NCBI GenBank assembly: GCA_965205975.1 | Contig: OZ242195.1 | Span: 2,304,001 to 2,368,000 of the forward strand | From: Candidatus Latescibacterota bacterium | GTDB taxonomy: Bacteria > Latescibacterota > UBA2968 | Length of the DNA stretch: 64,000 nucleotides | Direction of reading: 5' to 3' | In this document: positions 17,783 through 27,071 of the stretch, one piece after another | Numbering within the stretch: position 1 is the stretch's first letter | Layout of the letters: each line of letters starts with the position of its first letter | Position numbers and translations under genes: made by a program | The notes under the pieces: model-generated | What the model saw: only the letters and a program-made list of their open reading frames with translations | Told to the model about the DNA's origin: nothing | The model's database searches: none

Positions 17783-20326
17783 ATGCTCAAAAATTACCTG
17801 ACCATAGCCCTGCGAAATCTGGTGCGCTACAAAATATACACCGCGATCAATGCCTTCGGCCTGGCAACGGGCATTGCGTTTTGCCTCCTCACATTTCTCT
17901 ACGTGCGGCACGAATGGACTTATGATCAATTTCACGAAAAATCAGACCGCATTTTCCGACTCGGCATGTCTGGCGGAATGTTTGGCGGAAGAGACAATGT
18001 CAGACATGTCCGACTATCGGATCAAATTGGACCACTCATGCGAGATAACATCCCGCAATTTGCCCATGTTGTGCGAATCCATGAAGGCCCAGGCACTGTG
18101 TCTCAAGGCAACAACACCTTTGAAGTGAAATCTCTGTTCACCGACGAAGACTTTTTTCAATTATTCACGTTTCCGCTCATTCACGGCGATCCCAAAACCG
18201 CACTCGCAAACCCAAACAGTATTGTCTTAACGCAAAGTGCGGCAAAAAAATATTTCGGACAAACTGATGTTGTGGGACGAGAAATCAACATCCGCGACAA
18301 AATCTGGAACGAGGAAGAGAAAACTTTTGTCGTAGCGGGTATCGCACAGGATCCTCCTGAAAATTCCTGCATCCAATTCGATCTGATTTTTTCTCAGGCA
18401 AGCCGTCCTCCTTCGAAAAATAAAGTAACGTCATTTATCATGACACCAGACGGCAAAACCGAACGCAAAGAAATTGCCCCGCCCGTCTTTTCGAAGGGAA
18501 GAAATGTTACCTATATACAGCTAATTGACAACATACAATTGACAGACATGGCTCCTGTCCTGAATGCATTTGTTGAAGCAAACAAAACCCCCGCTCCTTT
18601 AAGTAGAGGCAATTCTAAACGCAGTTTTTTGGACCCGGATGTGAACCTGCACCTGCAGCCCATTGCGGATATCCATTTTGATCGCGAAATAACAAATGGA
18701 CTTTCAGCGCCGAGTAACCCCGCCTATTCCTACATCCTCGCGGGCATTGCCCTCTCCGTATTGCTGGTGGCGTGCATCAATTTTACGAACCTCGCCATTG
18801 CGCGATCTGCAACCCGAGCGCGAGAGGTAGGAGTACGCAAAGTGGTCGGGGCGATGCGTTTTCAACTGATGAAACAATTTTGGGGCGAATCTCTGCTGCT
18901 CACGGGTGTGGGAATGTTACTGGGGCTTGCACTAACAGAGTTTTTTCTCTCGACCTTCAATGCTTTAACACAGGTAAATTTAACACTGAATTATCAACCT
19001 TCCCTATCTGGCTTACTCTTTGGCATGGTGCTCTTATTGGTTATCAGTCTGGTATCGGGCATCTATCCGGCACTCGTACTATCGGGTTTTGACCCCATTG
19101 CCGTTTTGAAGAACCGATTCAATATCGGCGGCAGGTCCTGGTCCGGTCGCATGTTGATCGTTGGTCAGTTCGTCGTTGCGATTTTATTTTTAATTGCCAC
19201 CCTTGTCATGTCTCGGCAGCTAACATTTTTAAAAGAAAAGAATCTGGGCTTAAATGAGTCGCAGGTCGTGTTGATAACCCCGCGCTACTCGTCACCAGAC
19301 CGTCAAGAACGCCATCGGATACTGCAACTCTTCAAGCAAGAACTCAAACGGCACCCTCAGATCGTAAACGTGACGCAATCGCGTTTGTTCTCCCACCTGG
19401 AAGCAGACTCAGACACCCGCAAAAGCAATATTACATTTCCCAATGGAGAAATCGTGGAAAAAGCAGAAATTTCCGTGGATTACGACTTCTTTGACACATT
19501 GGGTATCAATCTACTGGCGGGACGCAACTTTTCGCCAGATTTTGGCACAGATGCAACACAGGCCGTTCTGGTCAATAAAACATTTGTCGAACGCGCGCAA
19601 TTGGAACAACCCCTGAACGCGACCTTGCCCATGACAAAAATGAGGGCTTCTTTTGCGACGGGAGACAGCTTACCAAAAGTTCAACAAATAAAAGATCCCA
19701 AAATTATCGGTGTCGTTGATGATTTTCATCTACGGTCACTGCATCATGCCCTGCCCCCTCTGGTGATATTTTTAGACGCCTTTAGCTTAAGCAGCGATTT
19801 CCTTGTACGCATTCGCCCAGAACGCATACCTGAAACGCTCGCCTTTATGGCTGAAAAATGGCAGTCTATTGCGGGCGATTCACGGTTTGATTACGTCTTC
19901 CTCGACGAAAATTTTGATCGCCTCTACCGCGAGGAAGAACGCTGGGGCACCATCGTCCAATACGCCTCCTTCTTCGCGCTCTTTGTCGCATGCCTCGGGG
20001 TCCTGGGCCTCACATCTCTCGCCATTACCCGACGCACCAAAGAAATCGGCATCCGCAAAGTACTCGGCGCATCGAACCATCACATCGTCGCCTTATTGTC
20101 CAGAGAATTTGTGGTGCTTATTCTCATCGCCAACCTGATCGCCTGGCCCATCGCCCATTACGGCGTCGAGCACTGGTTGCGAGATTTTGCCTATCGCATT
20201 GATGCGGGTATGGGCCTCTTTCTGCTCGGCGGATTGCTCGTCTTTTTAACAGCCCTGCTCACCATTGGCGTTCAAGCCCTCAAAGCCGCACAGCGCAATC
20301 CCGTCCACGCCCTGCGATATGAGTAA
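17783..20326 (+). CDS. ABC transporter permease (duplicated MacB/FtsX type)
   Basis: MLKNYLTIALRNL, ACINFTNL..R.REVGVRKVVGA, IIGVVDDFH, RRTKEIGIRKVLGA, NPVHALRYE. Confidence 0.93.
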   Translation: MLKNYLTIALRNLVRYKIYTAINAFGLATGIAFCLLTFLYVRHEWTYDQFHEKSDRIFRLGMSGGMFGGRDNVRHVRLSDQIGPLMRDNIPQFAHVVRIHEGPGTVSQGNNTFEVKSLFTDEDFFQLFTFPLIHGDPKTALANPNSIVLTQSAAKKYFGQTDVVGREINIRDKIWNEEEKTFVVAGIAQDPPENSCIQFDLIFSQASRPPSKNKVTSFIMTPDGKTERKEIAPPVFSKGRNVTYIQLIDNIQLTDMAPVLNAFVEANKTPAPLSRGNSKRSFLDPDVNLHLQPIADIHFDREITNGLSAPSNPAYSYILAGIALSVLLVACINFTNLAIARSATRAREVGVRKVVGAMRFQLMKQFWGESLLLTGVGMLLGLALTEFFLSTFNALTQVNLTLNYQPSLSGLLFGMVLLLVISLVSGIYPALVLSGFDPIAVLKNRFNIGGRSWSGRMLIVGQFVVAILFLIATLVMSRQLTFLKEKNLGLNESQVVLITPRYSSPDRQERHRILQLFKQELKRHPQIVNVTQSRLFSHLEADSDTRKSNITFPNGEIVEKAEISVDYDFFDTLGINLLAGRNFSPDFGTDATQAVLVNKTFVERAQLEQPLNATLPMTKMRASFATGDSLPKVQQIKDPKIIGVVDDFHLRSLHHALPPLVIFLDAFSLSSDFLVRIRPERIPETLAFMAEKWQSIAGDSRFDYVFLDENFDRLYREEERWGTIVQYASFFALFVACLGVLGLTSLAITRRTKEIGIRKVLGASNHHIVALLSREFVVLILIANLIAWPIAHYGVEHWLRDFAYRIDAGMGLFLLGGLLVFLTALLTIGVQALKAAQRNPVHALRYE

Positions 20327-20412
20327 GAGCGATTTTCCCATTTGACAGAACGGGATAAATCGTGAATATTTGAACAAGAGAAAACAGAAATATTGTTGAT
20401 CAGGAGACTCAA

Positions 20413-20712
20413 ATGGCTCGCATAGATATTCCCCGAATCGCGTATCCCCATATCGAACGGAATCCAGATATCCTCTCAGGCGAACCCATTATACGAGGAA
20501 CACGCATTGGCGTACGGCACATCGCAGAATGGGACCGCCGTGGATACAGTGTGGATGAAATTATCGCACAATACCCTCACTTGACCCATGCACAGGTTCA
20601 AGATGCCCTATCTTATGCTTTTGATCACAAGTCTGAAATTGATCAACTCATTCGGGCAAATACAAAAGATGCTGTCCGATCAAAATATCAAGATAGTGCA
20701 TGGATGCCATAA
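20413..20712 (+). CDS. DUF433 family putative antitoxin
   Basis: IERNPDILSGEPIIRGTRIGV...YPHLT..QV.DALSY. Confidence 0.88.
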   Translation: MARIDIPRIAYPHIERNPDILSGEPIIRGTRIGVRHIAEWDRRGYSVDEIIAQYPHLTHAQVQDALSYAFDHKSEIDQLIRANTKDAVRSKYQDSAWMP

Positions 20713-21053
20713 AGTTATATTTAGATGAAGATATTTTTCGAATATTAGCACCAGTGTTGAGAAGTCGCGGTTATGATGTCCTCAGTGTCTATGATGTTGA
20801 AATGACAGGCAAAACAGACCGTGAGCAACTTGAGTGGGCTGCTGCTCAGGATCGCGTGATAGTTAGTTTTAATGTGCGCCACTATGCCGATTTAGCAGAA
20901 ACATTTTACAATGGAGGCAAAACACATGCAGGTATTCTTGTCTCTCCTCAGATTAGCTTTTCCGATCTGTTGCGATTAATTTTGAATGTCCTATCAAAAA
21001 GCAAACCTGAAGATTTGAGGAATACATTTCAATGGTTACAAGGTTGGCGTTAA
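20700..21053 (+). CDS. DUF5615 PIN-like putative toxin
   Basis: LYLDED, LRSRGYDV, TD.EQL..A...RVIVSFN...HAGIL. Confidence 0.85.
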   Translation: MDAIKLYLDEDIFRILAPVLRSRGYDVLSVYDVEMTGKTDREQLEWAAAQDRVIVSFNVRHYADLAETFYNGGKTHAGILVSPQISFSDLLRLILNVLSKSKPEDLRNTFQWLQGWR

Positions 21054-21114
21054 ACCATTGATTTTATTTTTTTAGAAAAGTTTAATTGTTTTCCATTAAA
21101 CTGTAAAATTTCCC

Positions 21115-21143
21115 TTGACACCTGTTCTTTTGTTTAGTATTTT
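21115..21143 (+). promoter_or_regulatory. sigma70-type promoter
   Basis: TTGACA-N17-TATTTT. Confidence 0.6.
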
Positions 21144-21187
21144 TGTGCATAGAACGTTGAGACATAATCCTTCGACAGGAGGTAATC

Positions 21188-21511
21188 ATGGCAAGCATTG
21201 AGGTTCAGACCGAGCAGGGAACGGTGTACAACTGCGATAGCAGTTCAATTAGTGAAATTCTATTGTCCGATTTGAGTCGGGATTTGCTCAAAGTTGCCGA
21301 TCGCATTCAGGCCGAGATGCCACATGTACCTTTTGATGCCATTCGTCCCGAAGCCCTGGCGCGCGTCGAAGCCGCCGAGCAAGCTGTCGATACTCTGGCA
21401 CAAGATTTGTGCAAGGGGCAAGGAGAACTCACTGAGTGGCACGGTGCCCTGACGGCTTACGAATCGGCCTGGTTTCAGGTTATAGAGTCTTTAGGCGTCC
21501 GCAATAATTAA
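21188..21511 (+). CDS. Hypothetical helical protein (107 aa)
   Basis: Strong RBS AGGAGG; no family recognised. Confidence 0.65.
   Translation: MASIEVQTEQGTVYNCDSSSISEILLSDLSRDLLKVADRIQAEMPHVPFDAIRPEALARVEAAEQAVDTLAQDLCKGQGELTEWHGALTAYESAWFQVIESLGVRNN
21222..21247 (+). repeat. Dispersed hairpin motif, copy A (intragenic)
   Basis: CGGTGTACAACTGC-GATA-GCAGTTCA; 24/26 identical to the reverse complement of 51470-51495. Confidence 0.8.
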
Positions 21512-21592
21512 ATCACATATACTCACGTTTATTTTCGGCAATAAATAACCCGTCGTATTGCCGATTTCCACGAAAGCAAAGGAGAGATAGCA

Positions 21593-22330
21593 ATGTCCCA
21601 GCGAGATATGAAAACGAATAACTCAAATATGAAGGCGACAGCAACCCAACCCATCGACCATATCAAAACTCAGATTGCAGAATCCGAAGGTTTTCCCACC
21701 GAGAAAATCGATGAGTTTGTGATATTCATCCAGAACGATCCCTACATCACGTCTGCGGGGTTGCAGTACAAAATGTTGCAAACCTATAAGGCTGGCAAAT
21801 TCGCTGTGCAGGCTGTAATGCCTACCAAAGAAGAATACGCTTTATTGCGGCAAATGATGGGATTAAAAGATGAGGAACCGCTGGTGGTAATGCGCGGTGA
21901 AGTGTGGGTTGATGGGCTTGCGCGGCCTTTTGTCGATTACGGCACTACAACACCTAAAAATCTCAAAGGATTTGTGCGGTTTTCAGATTATCCACTCGAA
22001 ATGGCGACGCGACGCGCCACCAATCGGGCGATGCGTTTGGCTACTGCGACGGGAATGTGTTCTGTCGATGAGCTACAGGTAGCCACAGACGCCGCACAGA
22101 CCAACGGCGATGTTGAAGCGATGCACAACGGTTCATCTGCTACGCAAAGTCAAATTGATCTGATTAAAAATCTGGGGCGCAGTCCACGGCTAACCGAGCG
22201 AGAACGCGAGCGATTGAAAACCCAGATTGAAGGTGGATTGGACAAGCGTCAAGCATCGGAATTGATCCAAAAAATAAAAGCGAGGTTAGACGCCCGGCGC
22301 AAAGCCGATGCACAACCTATCGCGGCTTGA
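21593..22330 (+). CDS. Hypothetical protein, putative Rad52/Sak-superfamily ssDNA-annealing protein
   Basis: PYITSAGL...EMATRRATNRAMRLA...GMCSVDEL core; C-terminal ATQSQIDLI...LDKRQASELI module; RBS AAGGAG. Confidence 0.5.
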   Translation: MSQRDMKTNNSNMKATATQPIDHIKTQIAESEGFPTEKIDEFVIFIQNDPYITSAGLQYKMLQTYKAGKFAVQAVMPTKEEYALLRQMMGLKDEEPLVVMRGEVWVDGLARPFVDYGTTTPKNLKGFVRFSDYPLEMATRRATNRAMRLATATGMCSVDELQVATDAAQTNGDVEAMHNGSSATQSQIDLIKNLGRSPRLTERERERLKTQIEGGLDKRQASELIQKIKARLDARRKADAQPIAA

Positions 22331-22404
22331 TTTTGAGCCGGTTGTCGCGCGCATTCTTTCGTCAGGGGAGAGGGGAAGGATTTAGCGTACAACCGGCACT
22401 TAAC

Positions 22405-22447
22405 AAAAAAGCGGGAGCTCTTTGAGAGCCCCGCTTTTTTGTTTTTT
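22405..22447 (+). terminator. Intrinsic terminator
   Basis: AAAAAAGCGGGAGCTC-TTTGA-GAGCCCCGCTTTTTT. Confidence 0.8.
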
Positions 22448-22539
22448 CGGTGAATAGTGCCCTCTTGTGCTTTCGTTTCCTTTTGTGTATCATGGGGCAA
22501 TTGGCAGACGATCAAAAATGCGATAAAAGGTATATTGTT

Positions 22540-24897
22540 ATGAAATCAATAATACTGGGAATTTTGTGCATTGCGCTAACGGCAACAGATGGCCTGGCAA
22601 AAGATGCTTCGCCAGAAGCCATTGCCGCGGCAGAGAGAGCATATCGTGAAGGGATGAAACACTTTGAGGCAGAAAATCTGGACGCGGCACTTGTATCGTT
22701 TCAATCTGCGATTGCCCAGAACGAAAAGTACGCACCCGCCTATGTAGGCCTGGGTCATGTCTATTTGAAACAGGGCGATTTGGCCGAAGCGGAAAAGGCG
22801 TTTAAGACCGCAGTCTCAAAAAACAAAAAATACGCGCCGGCTTACAATGGATTGGGCCTGGTCTATAGCCGCAAAAAGAACGAACTGCGTCGGGCAATTG
22901 CGTATTTTCGGGATGCAAATCGAGCAGATAAAAAATACTCGGAAGCGCAATATAACCTGGCGCAAACCCTGGAAAATTACGGCAGCAGTGAGACTCTCAA
23001 AGCCTATCGCAATGTCTTAAAGATCGATCCCAAACACCCCAATGCAAACTATCGCATAGGGATATTGCTCGATAAAGATGGAGAACGCGAAAAAGCCGTG
23101 CAAGCGTATCGCGATCAGCTACAAGCAAAACCGGATCACCGCGGGGCGCGCTTGAATCTGGGCATTGATCTGAAATTGCTCGGGCAATTACAAGAGGCAC
23201 TTCAGCACCTGCTCAAAGTTGCAACCGTTGCCAGCGATTTTCAACGCCGCGCCGTATTGGAATTGGCGCAGGTATTTCAAAGGGCAAGGGCATTTGAACA
23301 ATCAGCGCGATTATTTGAATCATATATCAAACAGTTATCCGAAAAAGAACAAGAAACGTATTGCGATCTGAATCTCGTCGCATCGGGTCCCATTCTCAAG
23401 GAATACAACGATGCCGAGACACTTCCAGCAAAAAAACGCGTTTTTAGAACATTCTGGTCGCGCTTAGACCCGGCTCCCGTCACCGAAGCCAATGAACGGT
23501 TATTGGAACACTATCGCCGCGTTGCGTACGCGCGTGAATTTTTTGGGACACTTCGATTTCCCTGGGACGCGCGCGGCGAAGCCTATATTCGCTATGGCCC
23601 GCCCGATCATGTGAGCAATTCGGGCAATATTCAATTGGAGCGGACAAAAAAATTGGTTGACGTAAAAGAGCGGCTCATTCAAAAAGCCGGACCAGCGGTA
23701 GATCGATTGCTCAGAGCGCGGGCCGACGCGGTCGCATCGAGCATGGTGGGTATGCGCGGACAATTGCAGCGCACAGGGGACCGAAGTCCCGGCGCGCGCG
23801 GCGACCGACAGCAAGTAACCAGTGGAACGATTTTGGGCTGGCCGGTATATCCGGTAGATGGGATATGGGAATACTGGATCTATGCCGATGTTGGCGATGG
23901 TATAGAAGTCGTATTTGAACAGCGCGTAAACCAGGGAGCATGGGATTATGCCGATATACCGCTCGGCAGAGGGCGGATTGCGAGAATATGGCAGGACATG
24001 CATCCAGAAATTGTCTTGAAGGGAATTGCAGCTATTACACCAATGACATATCGCCCCGACTTTGCGACTGGTGCGTTGGATTTTTATCTCGCCTCATCGG
24101 CTTTCCGAGGACAAGATGGTCTAACCACGCTCGAAATTTATTACGGTATTCCAACCCCGCAATTGCACTTTGTGGCCGGGCAAGATGGCGCGAGGATCGC
24201 ACAATTAGACCGCGGCATTGTCGTTTACAATCAGGCGGGCGATCCCATCTATCGCACGAGCCAGGAAATGCTACTGGCCGCGTCGGGTGAGGCTACTCAG
24301 GCACCTGGCGCATATATGCCTGAAATGGACCGCTTATTTTTAACACCGGGCAATTATCGCATTTCCGTGCAAGTTTTGGATCGTCGTTCGAGAAAATCAC
24401 AGGTATATCACATCAACCGCGTCGTACCCGAATACGATATAGACGACGAGTTAAAAATCAGCGATGTGGAACTCGCCGCCACCATTGATATAGCCGACAA
24501 GAGCCGGTTCCAAAAGGGCGATATCGAAGTGATTCCCATAGCCTCAAAAACTTATTTGCCCGCGCAGCCCGTATTTATCTATTTCGAAATTTACAACTTA
24601 AAACGCAATGCCTTCGGCCAGACCAAATACCGCGTATCTTATGTCGTGCGATCGCGCGACCAAAAAACCATCGGCGCGCGAATTTTAGGCGGCGTAGGCA
24701 AAATGCTCGGACAAAAGAGCGAGCAGGGCGTTGTCTCAATCGAATACGAGCAGGTGGGAACAGAGACACAAGAACCGGGATATCTCGAATTGGATATGTC
24801 GCGCTCTGAACCGGGCGAAAAAATCGTAGAAATCGCGGTTGTGGATGAAACAACAGGCCAGACAGCAACCGCGACAGCGACATTTGTCACTCAATAG
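22540..24897 (+). CDS. Secreted TPR protein with GWxTD-like domain
   Basis: Signal peptide, multiple TPRs, FWSRLDPAP.T.ANE...EHYRRVAYA...PWDARGEAYIRYGPPD. Confidence 0.8.
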   Translation: MKSIILGILCIALTATDGLAKDASPEAIAAAERAYREGMKHFEAENLDAALVSFQSAIAQNEKYAPAYVGLGHVYLKQGDLAEAEKAFKTAVSKNKKYAPAYNGLGLVYSRKKNELRRAIAYFRDANRADKKYSEAQYNLAQTLENYGSSETLKAYRNVLKIDPKHPNANYRIGILLDKDGEREKAVQAYRDQLQAKPDHRGARLNLGIDLKLLGQLQEALQHLLKVATVASDFQRRAVLELAQVFQRARAFEQSARLFESYIKQLSEKEQETYCDLNLVASGPILKEYNDAETLPAKKRVFRTFWSRLDPAPVTEANERLLEHYRRVAYAREFFGTLRFPWDARGEAYIRYGPPDHVSNSGNIQLERTKKLVDVKERLIQKAGPAVDRLLRARADAVASSMVGMRGQLQRTGDRSPGARGDRQQVTSGTILGWPVYPVDGIWEYWIYADVGDGIEVVFEQRVNQGAWDYADIPLGRGRIARIWQDMHPEIVLKGIAAITPMTYRPDFATGALDFYLASSAFRGQDGLTTLEIYYGIPTPQLHFVAGQDGARIAQLDRGIVVYNQAGDPIYRTSQEMLLAASGEATQAPGAYMPEMDRLFLTPGNYRISVQVLDRRSRKSQVYHINRVVPEYDIDDELKISDVELAATIDIADKSRFQKGDIEVIPIASKTYLPAQPVFIYFEIYNLKRNAFGQTKYRVSYVVRSRDQKTIGARILGGVGKMLGQKSEQGVVSIEYEQVGTETQEPGYLELDMSRSEPGEKIVEIAVVDETTGQTATATATFVTQ

Positions 24898-24913
24898 GAC
24901 AGGAGCAAATTCA

Positions 24914-26257
24914 ATGCGTATTTTCAATGTTGAAACCATGCGCACACACGCGCGTGAGATTTTTGATACCGCAGTCAAAGCAGTTGATGCCGAACAGTGC
25001 GTGCGGCAATTTGTATCGCTGGATGGCAATATTTTGCGCGTGGGCGATCAAAATTATGATTTAAGTGTTTACCACCGCATCCTGGTCATGGGCACGGGCA
25101 AAGCCTCACCGCAAATGGGCGTAGCTCTGGAAGACATATTGGGTGATCGCATCTCCGGTGGATCTATGAATACAAAATACGACCATGCATTGCCCTTAAA
25201 ACATATCGACACAGTGGAATGCGGCCATCCCGTACCCGACGAATCGGGAGTTGAAGGCGTCGGACGCATGGTTCATTTGCTGGAAGAGGCGGATGAAAAC
25301 ACGCTGGTGATCTGTTTGATCTCCGGGGGTGGCTCGGCACTTGCACCCGCACCTGCTGATGGATTGACGCTTGCAGACAAGCAAGAGACGACGAGCCTAT
25401 TGTTGGCTTGTGGTGCAAATATTGTAGAACTCAATGCCATCCGCAAACATCTATCGCGCCTAAAAGGTGGGGGGTTAGCGCGTGCGGCGTTTCCCGCAAC
25501 AGTTATCGCACTAATGTTGTCAGATGTGATTGGCGATCCCATGGATGTCATCGCATCTGGCCCCACAGTGCCGGATACCGCGACATTTAAAACGTGTATG
25601 GATATTCTGGACAAATACGAATTGGTCGATAAAATACCCGAAAGCGTTCGACTGCGACTAAAAGCCGGTTTGGCCGGGGATATTGAAGATACGCCCAAGC
25701 CCGGCGATGCAGCACTCTCCAAAGTCCAGAATCTCGTGGTCGGCAGCAATGGTCTGGCCGTAGCTGCGGCGAATAACAAAGCAATGGAATTGGGATATAA
25801 TACGCTGGTATTATCCACGCGCATTGAGGGCGAAGCGAGAGAAGTCGCTTATGTGTATGCGGGTATTGCCAAAGAAATTGTGACATCTGAACAACCCATT
25901 GCTGCACCGGCCTGCGTGATTGCCGGCGGAGAAACAACCGTGCTGGTGCGCGGAGACGGCAAGGGCGGGCGCAATCAAGAAATTCCGCTATCGGGCGCAA
26001 TTCAGTTGGCCGGGTGGAACAATGTCGTACTGTTTAGTGGAGGTACCGATGGCACAGATGGCCCAACCGATGCCGCGGGCGCCGTAGCCGATGGACAAAC
26101 CATAGCGCGAGCAGAGACACTGGGACTTTCCGCGATCGCACATCTTAAAAACAATGATTCCTACCACTTTTTTAAACCACTGGACGACCTGATCATCACG
26201 GGAGCAACCGGAACCAATGTGGCAGATGTCGCGCTGGTAATGGTCGGAAATGCATAA
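24914..26257 (+). CDS. Glycerate kinase type 2 (MOFRL/TtuD)
   Basis: GTGKAS, GHPVPD, LISGGGSAL, KGGGLA, GGETTV, GGRNQE, GTDGTDG, TGTNVAD. Confidence 0.93.
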   Translation: MRIFNVETMRTHAREIFDTAVKAVDAEQCVRQFVSLDGNILRVGDQNYDLSVYHRILVMGTGKASPQMGVALEDILGDRISGGSMNTKYDHALPLKHIDTVECGHPVPDESGVEGVGRMVHLLEEADENTLVICLISGGGSALAPAPADGLTLADKQETTSLLLACGANIVELNAIRKHLSRLKGGGLARAAFPATVIALMLSDVIGDPMDVIASGPTVPDTATFKTCMDILDKYELVDKIPESVRLRLKAGLAGDIEDTPKPGDAALSKVQNLVVGSNGLAVAAANNKAMELGYNTLVLSTRIEGEAREVAYVYAGIAKEIVTSEQPIAAPACVIAGGETTVLVRGDGKGGRNQEIPLSGAIQLAGWNNVVLFSGGTDGTDGPTDAAGAVADGQTIARAETLGLSAIAHLKNNDSYHFFKPLDDLIITGATGTNVADVALVMVGNA

Positions 26258-26275
26258 CTTCGAAAAATATGTCTC

Positions 26276-27049
26276 ATGTCCAATTTAACCGAACCCATCC
26301 TCAACGAAGTCGAAGTCGATTATTTCCGGCGTCATGGGTATATCGTGCGCACCGATTTATTCACCGATGAGGAACGCGACGAATTTATCGCCTTATTCGA
26401 CCGTGACCGCGAGCAATTTGTGTTTCGCTGGCATCCCTATGGCTACCATCAGCAAGCCAATTACGACGCACTCGTCACCACGCCCGAATTTGACCGCGTG
26501 ATCCGTCACCCAAAAATTCTCGCTGCCATCGAACAACTCATGGGGGGACCGGTTTGCTTTGGCGAAATTGGCGCGCGTTACATGCTCCCTTACGACGGCG
26601 AACTACACCGCAGTTGGCACCGCGACCGCCCTCACTGGGACGAGCATCCATTTCGAATGGACTATATCCAGCTCATGCTCTATCTCACAGACGTCGGTGC
26701 AGACACCCACTGCTTCTCACTCTCTCCCGAATCGGTTTACGAACCCACGCTCAAAGATAACGAGGCACAAATTAAACGCGGGGGCATCACCGATATTCAC
26801 GGTCCCGCAGGCACGGTCTGTCTTTTCAATGTCGCGGCACTACATACAGCCACCACGCGGCCGACGAAATGCGACCGCAAAACCCTGCAAATCTACTATG
26901 GACACCGCGATCGCAAATACCTGGCCAACGACTCCGTCATCCCCCCCATCTTCTGGCGCGACCACAAAAACCCGGAAGTGCGCGCCTTTTACGGCAACCT
27001 CAACGAAGTCTCCAATATTTACAACAAAGCATTTGGAATCCGGTTGTAA
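26276..27049 (+). CDS. PhyH family dioxygenase
   Basis: FRRHGYIV, WHRD (HxD), GTVCLFN..LH. Confidence 0.8.
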   Translation: MSNLTEPILNEVEVDYFRRHGYIVRTDLFTDEERDEFIALFDRDREQFVFRWHPYGYHQQANYDALVTTPEFDRVIRHPKILAAIEQLMGGPVCFGEIGARYMLPYDGELHRSWHRDRPHWDEHPFRMDYIQLMLYLTDVGADTHCFSLSPESVYEPTLKDNEAQIKRGGITDIHGPAGTVCLFNVAALHTATTRPTKCDRKTLQIYYGHRDRKYLANDSVIPPIFWRDHKNPEVRAFYGNLNEVSNIYNKAFGIRL

Positions 27050-27071
27050 TCTTCCAAATTTCCGACTAACC

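Noticed and set aside
22353..22381. SRP RNA (TCAGG motif)
   Set aside because: Lacks the GNRA loop and the AGCAG partner of helix 8
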